From the NCBI GenBank assembly GCA_964457685.1, contig CAYWFS010000002.1, positions 2,519 through 55,811 of the forward strand: DNA of 53,293 nt. Reading direction: 5' to 3'. Each line of letters begins with the position of its first letter. The stretch's first letter is position 1. Origin of the DNA: an uncultured Ruminococcus sp. (lineage in GTDB: Bacteria > Bacillota > Clostridia > Oscillospirales > CAG-272). Below are positions 46,687 to 53,293 of this stretch, piece after piece. The position numbers and the translations under genes were made by a program. The notes beneath the pieces were generated by a model. The model had not been told where the DNA came from and did no database searches. It worked only from the letters and a program-made list of their open reading frames with translations.

Positions 46687-47337
46687 TCAGTTTTTAATAA
46701 GTACGGACAGTGCTTTCTTGATTATATCCTCAACAGATTCGCTGAGATCTACGTTTTTCATTGCGGCGGCTATTTCGGAGCGTGAATATCCAAGCACCAA
46801 AAGAGCGTCACGTGCGTCATCGAGTTTACTTCCGTCAATAGGCACCTGAATTTCCGCTATATCTTCGCCGCTTTCCGCCGTCATATATTCGGGGAACGAT
46901 TTTTTTATCTTGTCATTTAAGTCAATCGTAAGTCTTGCGGCAGTTTTCGGTCCGACTCCGGGTGCCTTTGCTATTCCATTTACGTCATCGTTAAGAACAG
47001 CCTGTGCAAGACCTCGTGGTGTGAACCGTGACAAAATTGACATTGCGGCTTTAGGTCCTATTCCCGAAACGGAGATAAGCAGCTTAAAAATCGCAAGCTC
47101 CTCTCGTGAAAAGAAGCCGTAAAGCTCAACTGCATCTTCTCTGACTGCCATATGCGTAAATATCCGCACCATCTCTCCTGCACAGCTGCTTCCGTCAGGC
47201 GAAAACTTCGGAGACGGCAGATGTGACAGAGTGTTTGCGGTAACCGTAACGTGATACCCTACCCCCGCACACTCGATTATTACCGTACAACGAGTGGCAT
47301 TTATTTCAAATATTCTTCCGTATAGCGTTTCTATCAT
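46687..47337 (-). CDS. ruvA: Holliday junction DNA-binding protein RuvA
   Basis: GVGY, HMAVRED..LYGF, VSGIGPK, PGVGPKTA, ALLVLGY. Confidence 0.95.
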   Translation of the reverse strand: MIETLYGRIFEINATRCTVIIECAGVGYHVTVTANTLSHLPSPKFSPDGSSCAGEMVRIFTHMAVREDAVELYGFFSREELAIFKLLISVSGIGPKAAMSILSRFTPRGLAQAVLNDDVNGIAKAPGVGPKTAARLTIDLNDKIKKSFPEYMTAESGEDIAEIQVPIDGSKLDDARDALLVLGYSRSEIAAAMKNVDLSESVEDIIKKALSVLIKN

Positions 47338-50144
47338 AGCATATCTCCATTATCGTTTTTGTCGCATTCGTCGTTTATTTCTTCGTTTACAATCTCATCG
47401 TTGACAATTTCCGAGACTTCTTCCGACTCGATTTTTATCACGCTTTTCTTTCGTTTTATACAATACTCCGCCGCACAAAGGACAGCGAACAATGCCGTTC
47501 CGGAGAGTGACAGAATCAGTCCGTATTTTACGCAGTCGGGTTTGTACTCAAACACAAGCTCATGCTCACCTGCGGTTATATCGAATGCGATAAAGGCTTC
47601 GTTCAGTGCGGCTCTTTTCTCAACCTCAACTCCGTCAACGTATATTTTCCATGCGTCATCGTAGGGAATCGTTGTAAATACGGCTTCACTTCCCTCAGGC
47701 ACGTTTATTGTTCCGTAGATTCTGTCATCTTTTTCGGAATGAGCGTCCATTGTTCCGTCTTGAAGCTCGCTTATAACGTCGGCAAATTCCTTTTCGTCAA
47801 AGTACCAGAAGAATGAGCATCCCGAGCGAATGTACATCTTGCTTTCTTTCATCACAAGCTCTACCTTTTGCTCACTGCCTATATCGAACGAACCAAGCTC
47901 TCTTATCGAGAAATCCTCACCGTCAAAGTATTTGCAAAGCTTTTTTCCGTTGAGCTTCAAATCCGCATCTCTGGGGTAATCCGATGGGAAATAAACGTAC
48001 ACGGACTTTGTGGACTCTATATCGAGGACATAGGTGAGCTTTGCCGTGTCACCACTTCCGTCCTTTTCAAAGGCTCTGTGATCTGCCGCAAAGGAAACAC
48101 TGCATCCGCTTTCCTCTTTATCCTTAATATCTACCTTTGACCATATTTTTACGTCATGACCTACCATTTCCGAAAGAAGCTCATTCATATATGTGAACGG
48201 GTCGGAGTACGAATCATAACCGTCATTCGGCTTATCGTAGTCAAGTGCGGTTGGGGATACGGCATACGCTATTGACAGTGCATATGGATTTTCGTATATA
48301 TCAATATCGTCCTCCGTAGAGTCGTAAAGCTCGTACAGATTATGGATATAATTCATAACGGGCTTATCGTCACCCTCGTCTGCCATAACATAGCGAATGT
48401 CAAACAGGGCATCTGTTACTGCATTTGCACCCGCATACATACTCCAGTGCGACATTGATGCATATCCGAATCGTTTTAAGCCTTCAACCGTCTTTGCGTT
48501 GAGAGTAGAGGTCGAGTTAGAAAGTCCGTTTATTCCTATTGCGAAATTGTCATTCTTTTTTCTGTGAACCAGCTTTTCCGCACGGTAAAACTCATCACCG
48601 GTACTTTCCGTAAAGGTCTCTGCCGCTGTCGAATATGTGTCAACCATCTGTCTGTACGAGCTTCTTTTTGAATATGACACATCCTCATCAAGGGCATACA
48701 GCATAACCACACCGTTTCCGACAGCCTCCGCAAGAACTATACCGCAAAGAACTCCTGCCGAGACATTTCTTTTAACTCCCGAATCGAGTGAGCGTACATA
48801 TGACGGCATAACGGCAGAAAACAGTACAAACAGAAGTATACACACCCAAACACACTGAAAATCGGGGAGATTGTCGTAACCTATCTTAGCAAGGATGACA
48901 AGCATTGCACACCATGCTACAGCCGAACAGGTAAACGCTTTGTAACCTATCTTTTTTATGTTTGCAAAAACATCGACCGCCATGAGTAGCATGAGTGCGG
49001 AAAACATATAAGCAAATCTTGCGTTAAGCCAGTTCGGTTCCTGCATACCGTGCCATATAATATCAAGCACGCTTAAATTAAAGCTTGCCACAAGCACGAG
49101 CATAATGACAGCCATTCCGACTTTTTTTCTTGTCGGTATCTGCTCACAGAAGAAATACAGCGGTGCAAGTATCAGCGTAAGAGTTCCGCAGTAATAAAAC
49201 GGCATTCCACTCGGTCTTACGGTATCATATGAGCCGAAAAATGCCTTTGTAAGGAGGTCGGCAAAATCAAACAGCTGAGACGGTGTAAAATCGGGTGTGG
49301 AAAACTCAAGCTTGCCGAAGCTGAGTGAATAGTATACGGGCAGAATTATCACCGCAGACATAACAACGGCAAGAATCGAATAAAAGCCTATTCTGAGAAA
49401 CGACCTTGCAAAATGTTCTCTTTCCCCTCTCGGATTTCTTTCACTCGGAGAGAGCATGAAATAACGAACGAAGAACCATATAAGTATGAAAAAGCAGGTC
49501 ATGTATCCGATATAGAAATTAGACATTATCGAATACACAAGCGAGATAACGTAAAGCTTAAACCTTCCATTTGATATAAGCTCATCCACGGCAAGGAGTA
49601 TCAGCGGAAAAACTATCACGTTATCCATCCACATTACGTTATGCTGAAGCACTACCACATAGGATGAAAGTGCATACATCGTTGAAAACATGATCCTTTT
49701 CGTCACGTTCAGATTTCTCTTTTTTGTAAGCAGATATGAAAACGACAGTCCCGCACAGCCTGTTTTAAGAACCAGCATAAAATACATGGCTTCCGTTATT
49801 GCTTCTTTCGGGAACAGTGCAACCAATAGCGAGAACGGACTCGACAGATAATATGCGAATATTCCCATAAATTCACCGCCGGCAGCTCTTTCAAATGTAT
49901 AAAGAATGCTGTCTCCCGCGGTAAGTATGCTTCTCAGCTTCTCGAAATAATAAATATACTGTGCGTTCAAATCAAGTACAAGTACCGAATTTTTCCAAAC
50001 AGGCCAAACTCCGATAAGCGAGTAGATAAGTATCATCCCGACAAACGGCACAAAAAACGAAAGCAAAAGAGCCTTTAAATCACGGTGTCTTTTCGCTTTT
50101 TCGGGACAGCATGGAAGCATACCGTTTTCCGTAACATCAGTCAT
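47334..50144 (-). CDS. YfhO family polytopic membrane protein (GT-C-like)
   Basis: DLNAQY, YYLSSPF, SNFYIGYM, many TM helices, C-terminal TTIPYDDAW..VDG and GEHELVFEYKP. Confidence 0.88.
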   Translation of the reverse strand: MTDVTENGMLPCCPEKAKRHRDLKALLLSFFVPFVGMILIYSLIGVWPVWKNSVLVLDLNAQYIYYFEKLRSILTAGDSILYTFERAAGGEFMGIFAYYLSSPFSLLVALFPKEAITEAMYFMLVLKTGCAGLSFSYLLTKKRNLNVTKRIMFSTMYALSSYVVVLQHNVMWMDNVIVFPLILLAVDELISNGRFKLYVISLVYSIMSNFYIGYMTCFFILIWFFVRYFMLSPSERNPRGEREHFARSFLRIGFYSILAVVMSAVIILPVYYSLSFGKLEFSTPDFTPSQLFDFADLLTKAFFGSYDTVRPSGMPFYYCGTLTLILAPLYFFCEQIPTRKKVGMAVIMLVLVASFNLSVLDIIWHGMQEPNWLNARFAYMFSALMLLMAVDVFANIKKIGYKAFTCSAVAWCAMLVILAKIGYDNLPDFQCVWVCILLFVLFSAVMPSYVRSLDSGVKRNVSAGVLCGIVLAEAVGNGVVMLYALDEDVSYSKRSSYRQMVDTYSTAAETFTESTGDEFYRAEKLVHRKKNDNFAIGINGLSNSTSTLNAKTVEGLKRFGYASMSHWSMYAGANAVTDALFDIRYVMADEGDDKPVMNYIHNLYELYDSTEDDIDIYENPYALSIAYAVSPTALDYDKPNDGYDSYSDPFTYMNELLSEMVGHDVKIWSKVDIKDKEESGCSVSFAADHRAFEKDGSGDTAKLTYVLDIESTKSVYVYFPSDYPRDADLKLNGKKLCKYFDGEDFSIRELGSFDIGSEQKVELVMKESKMYIRSGCSFFWYFDEKEFADVISELQDGTMDAHSEKDDRIYGTINVPEGSEAVFTTIPYDDAWKIYVDGVEVEKRAALNEAFIAFDITAGEHELVFEYKPDCVKYGLILSLSGTALFAVLCAAEYCIKRKKSVIKIESEEVSEIVNDEIVNEEINDECDKNDNGDML

Positions 50145-50343
50145 TTTTTTCTTCCTCTGTTTTGATAACCTTTTTTATTGCTTTTTCAAGCTTTTCTCTC
50201 GGCAACGTAAGATCCCGTCCGCATTTTTCGCATATCACACGAACATCACTGCCGCTTCTGACAACAATAAATACAAATGAGCCGCAGGGGTGCTTTTTTT
50301 TCAGTTCCAGCTTATCTCCTGCGGAAAATTTGGGGATATTCAT
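50137..50343 (-). CDS. DUF951 family protein
   Basis: LKKKHPCGS, G.DVRVICEKCGR. Confidence 0.88.
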   Translation of the reverse strand: MNIPKFSAGDKLELKKKHPCGSFVFIVVRSGSDVRVICEKCGRDLTLPREKLEKAIKKVIKTEEEKND

Positions 50344-50375
50344 TTTTCCCTCCGTTATCCGTTTTTTCTTACAAT

Positions 50376-50404
50376 ATTATAGCATGATTTTCACGTTTTG
50401 TAAA
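50376..50404 (-). promoter_or_regulatory. sigma-A promoter for DUF951-yfhO-ruvAB
   Basis: TTTACA-17 nt-TATAAT with TG extension. Confidence 0.6.
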
Positions 50405-50486
50405 TAGAAGTTCAATCTTGCAAGAATATTTGTTTTATCACAGCTATTAATACCCTGTCCGTCAAGTCTTTACAAATCGGATATAC

Positions 50487-50535
50487 AAAATTAACCCATA
50501 CTAATCTTGATTTAATATATCTTCCATGATATAAT
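50487..50535 (+). promoter_or_regulatory. Promoter of the metal regulator with an adjacent DtxR-family-like operator
   Basis: TTAACCCATACTAA quasi-palindrome (50491-50504) abutting TTGATT-17 nt-TATAAT (50507-50535). Confidence 0.5.
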
Positions 50536-50565
50536 AGGTATATCACAACACAGCGAGGTTTAAAT

Positions 50566-50934
50566 ATGGCATTACAGGAATCGGGGCAGATGTACCTCGA
50601 AACAATATATATCCTCAGTAAAACAAGCAACAGCGTTCGTTCCATTGACGTAAGCGAATACATGAATTTTTCAAAGCCCAGTGTCAGCCGTGCTATCGGT
50701 CTTTTAAAGGACGGCGGCTACATTACGGTCGATCATGATGGTTTTATTACTCTGACCGAGGTCGGAATTGAGCTTTCCGAGAAGATATACGAGCGTCACA
50801 CTATCCTTACGGAATGTCTTACAAGGCTTGGTGTTGACCCTGAAATTGCGGCACATGATGCTTGCAAGATAGAGCATATCATAAGCGACGAGACTTTCGG
50901 TGCGATAAAGGAACACATGAAAAAATACAACTGA
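50566..50934 (+). CDS. DtxR/MntR family metal-dependent transcriptional regulator
   Basis: MYLETI, SKPSVSRA HTH, IYERH, DACKIEH. Confidence 0.92.
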   Translation: MALQESGQMYLETIYILSKTSNSVRSIDVSEYMNFSKPSVSRAIGLLKDGGYITVDHDGFITLTEVGIELSEKIYERHTILTECLTRLGVDPEIAAHDACKIEHIISDETFGAIKEHMKKYN

Positions 50935-50936
50935 AT

Positions 50937-51035
50937 AAAAACAGTGTCAAAAAATGAACCGACCCCAAAAGTCAGAAAAAAATCTAACTTTTGTGAGGTC
51001 GGTTTATCGTTTCTCCGTATTCAGACACGGTTTTT
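50937..51035. terminator. Bidirectional terminator with an inserted palindrome
   Basis: AAAAACAGTGTC(50937-50948)/GACACGGTTTTT(51024-51035) arms between convergent genes. Confidence 0.55.
50955..51006. mobile_element. 52-bp MITE-like palindrome, IS3/IS150-end-like (copy 2)
   Basis: TGAACCGACCCCAAAAGTCAGAAAAAAATCTAACTTTTGTGAGGTCGGTTTA; clearly homologous to 30084-30137. Confidence 0.6.
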
Positions 51036-52278
51036 AATTATATATTATTTTATAAAGGGCGAGCTTGGACGGTGCAGGATATCTTTCGTCTCCAACATAG
51101 TATTTTATACCGATATAATCACCGGAATACGACATAATAGAACTTCCTTTCAGTTCACAATTCAACTTATATATTACAAGCTTATCATCTACTCGGCGAA
51201 AGATAGCTCTAGATTTGTCATACTTTCCAAGCAAGCTTTTTCGTTCGACATTTTGGAAATCATCCCTCAAATAACATTTTAACGTTTCACCTATTGCTGT
51301 TCCATCCGAAAGACTAAACGGGACAATCGTATCAGCCAATGTCTCAAACCATATTACATCATCACATATTATCATGTCCCAAATGCCATAACTTCTACTG
51401 CCATCTGAACTTGCTTCATCTATCACATCATTGTCTAACGCTATCGTTCTGAGAAATTCTCCATCAGCATTTATTACGTCGATTCTGTATTCCCCCTCCT
51501 TCATCAGGCAGTAAATTTCCCCGTTATATGCCCGTGCCGAAGATATTATTTCGCCGATACTTCCTTCCTCCTCCCTTATTTGGTTTGTTTCAAATATGAC
51601 TTTTGTTTCCCGGGTGTATAAGTCATATAGAGTTACTGTGTATTTGTATTTGTATCCATACTCTATCTGATGAGGTTCAAAAACCACGAGATGACTGTCA
51701 TCAAGCACTGATATATACTGGAAAGGAAGTCCGGTATCATTGCTGTAAACCTCCGTAATTCCCACGTTTTCTATATCAATCTTAAACAAGGCTGCGTCCC
51801 ATGTTGTATAAACACACCCGTCAGGTGCAAAAAGTATGTCTCCGCTTGAGGTATTTGGGTTGTATATAGTGCCGATTGATTTATGCTCCTTGGTTTTAAT
51901 ATCGTAAACAAAATATTCATCGTCTACAGTGTATGCGGTGTTTTTCTCGTTGATTGGAGTATAATGCTCCTTAGCATAAAGTATGCAATCGTCAAGGAGC
52001 ATTTGAACAGCACAGTATTCATCCAAATCAATTTCAGCAAACAATTCAAGCTCTACGGCATTTTCATCTGCTATTATGTAATTAGTGTATTCATTCTCTG
52101 TTTCTACGCTCACCTCCTCCGATTCATCGTATATCTCGTTTTCTTCGTTTTTCGAGATTGATTCAATGTTTACTGACGATTCTTCATTTACCTCACCCGA
52201 ACAACCGCAAATAACGAAACACAGTAAAAGCAAGGAAAGAGTAAATTTTAGAATAGCAATTGAAGTTGTTGTTCTCAT
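51034..52278 (-). CDS. Hypothetical lipoprotein, beta-rich (possible beta-propeller)
   Basis: Hydrophobic signal ending ICG-C lipobox, acidic linker, repeated Y-D-x-x-T-x-E strand motifs; start 2 nt after the upstream stop. Confidence 0.7.
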   Translation of the reverse strand: MRTTTSIAILKFTLSLLLLCFVICGCSGEVNEESSVNIESISKNEENEIYDESEEVSVETENEYTNYIIADENAVELELFAEIDLDEYCAVQMLLDDCILYAKEHYTPINEKNTAYTVDDEYFVYDIKTKEHKSIGTIYNPNTSSGDILFAPDGCVYTTWDAALFKIDIENVGITEVYSNDTGLPFQYISVLDDSHLVVFEPHQIEYGYKYKYTVTLYDLYTRETKVIFETNQIREEEGSIGEIISSARAYNGEIYCLMKEGEYRIDVINADGEFLRTIALDNDVIDEASSDGSRSYGIWDMIICDDVIWFETLADTIVPFSLSDGTAIGETLKCYLRDDFQNVERKSLLGKYDKSRAIFRRVDDKLVIYKLNCELKGSSIMSYSGDYIGIKYYVGDERYPAPSKLALYKIIYN

Positions 52279-52280
52279 AC

Positions 52281-53255
52281 TTACCACCAATATCCTCCAA
52301 ACCAATGGTCCATTATTACTTTATAAACAACACCTGATGACTTTGAATATGTTCCGTCCGGGTATTCAGTTGTTTCCCATGTTATATACGGATCTGTAAG
52401 TGTAATCGTACACTCATTACCGCTCTTTTTTATCCCCGATACATTCAGAAAATGTCCTTTTGAAGAATACGCCCAATTTTCATCTTCCTCTATATCTATT
52501 TCCTCTGTATATATTTTCGCTGTATTTATTCTTATAATAGGCGGACCGTAATATTTACACGCTGTTCTAAACGAAAGAATCATATCTTCCTCGTCTTCGG
52601 GATGTTCTTCCGCATATTCCGGTTTATCGGGAATATATGAATTTATATATTTTATCATATAGCTTGCGTCCGGAAGCCCAATCTCTGCCGTAACCCCTAA
52701 ATCGCTTGCAATTTGAGACTGACTCGGCACATTACTTACCTCATAGAACAACAATGTTTGTCTCGTGGTTGCAGGAGCACAGTAATAGTACGTCTCTTGC
52801 TCACAAAACGGCACATCTAAAGTATATTTATAGTCCGCAGCTCTTTCATTTGCAGCATTTATTTTTGCAAGCAGTTTTTCTTTCAGAAGTTCCTTTTGTT
52901 TTTCAGTATATTCATCACTTTCCTCAATCTCGGCAAGTCTTTCGTATACGCTCTTAACTTCGACTTCGTGAGGAATCTCACCATCACCTTGCATAATACC
53001 GTCAGTCGCATCTCTTTCATTTGCAACATCTATTTTTGCAAGCAGTTTTTCTTTCAGAAGTTCCTTTTGTTTTTCAGTATATTCATCACTTTCCTCAATC
53101 TCGGCAAGTCTTTCGTATACGCTCTTAACTTCGACTTCGTGAGGAATCTCACCATCACCTTGCATAATACCGTCAGTCGCAACTATCGCACCTACAGCAC
53201 CTTGAACAACAAGAACAGAGAATAAAACGCATAATAATTTTTTATTGATTTTCAT
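52281..53255 (-). CDS. Secreted papain-like cysteine peptidase, C39-like, with duplicated N-terminal segment
   Basis: Signal peptide; LDVPFCEQETYYYCAPA (Q..C), SQSQIA, GHFL, TDPY (C-H-D triad pattern); AAGGAG RBS. Confidence 0.78.
   Translation of the reverse strand: MKINKKLLCVLFSVLVVQGAVGAIVATDGIMQGDGEIPHEVEVKSVYERLAEIEESDEYTEKQKELLKEKLLAKIDVANERDATDGIMQGDGEIPHEVEVKSVYERLAEIEESDEYTEKQKELLKEKLLAKINAANERAADYKYTLDVPFCEQETYYYCAPATTRQTLLFYEVSNVPSQSQIASDLGVTAEIGLPDASYMIKYINSYIPDKPEYAEEHPEDEEDMILSFRTACKYYGPPIIRINTAKIYTEEIDIEEDENWAYSSKGHFLNVSGIKKSGNECTITLTDPYITWETTEYPDGTYSKSSGVVYKVIMDHWFGGYWW
52841..53181. repeat. In-frame tandem duplication, 2 x 171 bp (57 aa)
   Basis: ccatcaccttgcataatacc at 52981 and 53152; the copies differ at only about 2 positions near one end. 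Confidence 0.95.
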
Positions 53256-53293
53256 AATTTAACTCCTTTTACTGAAATATCGTCATTTGGCTT

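Noticed and set aside
52841-53181. Repeat considered as a CRISPR array
   Set aside because: Two contiguous in-frame coding units with no spacers and no cas genes

Overview
Mostly core chromosome of a probably spore-forming Clostridia-class (Oscillospiraceae/Ruminococcaceae-like) anaerobe; this taxonomy is inferred from gene content and order. About 50 CDS. (1) An ackA/tmcAL divergon. (2) The conserved holB-ricT-ferredoxin-trmN6-rsmI-metG-tatD-radical SAM block, interrupted by a sugar isomerase/sulfatase/nagA insert. (3) A minus-strand run of EreA-like protein, GNAT, rqcH, eukaryote-type PMM-like HAD and APH(3')-like kinase. (4) lon-engB-S2P-scpAB-DUF2953-ytfJ-DD-carboxypeptidase-rluB-glycerate kinase. 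(5) A complete glycogen operon, glgBCDAP plus a GH13. (6) lexA-VOC-LsrG-like, pckG, acetyltransferase, family-4 UDG, DUF951-yfhO-ruvAB and a DtxR/MntR regulator. (7) An AT-richer right-end module: a secreted C39-like peptidase with a recent 171-bp tandem duplication, coupled to a lipoprotein. I saw no rRNA, tRNA, CRISPR array, prophage or intact transposase. Items the ORF track does not show include a 57-aa ferredoxin, two 52-54 bp IS3/IS150-end-like mini-elements in terminator loops, LexA/Spo0A/DtxR-type boxes and a terminator hairpin between a Shine-Dalgarno and its start codon. The best candidates for an undescribed system are the peptidase-lipoprotein pair, the rqcH cluster flanked by antibiotic-modifying folds, and the terminator-associated mini-element. 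All three are hypotheses from motif recognition; no searches were run.
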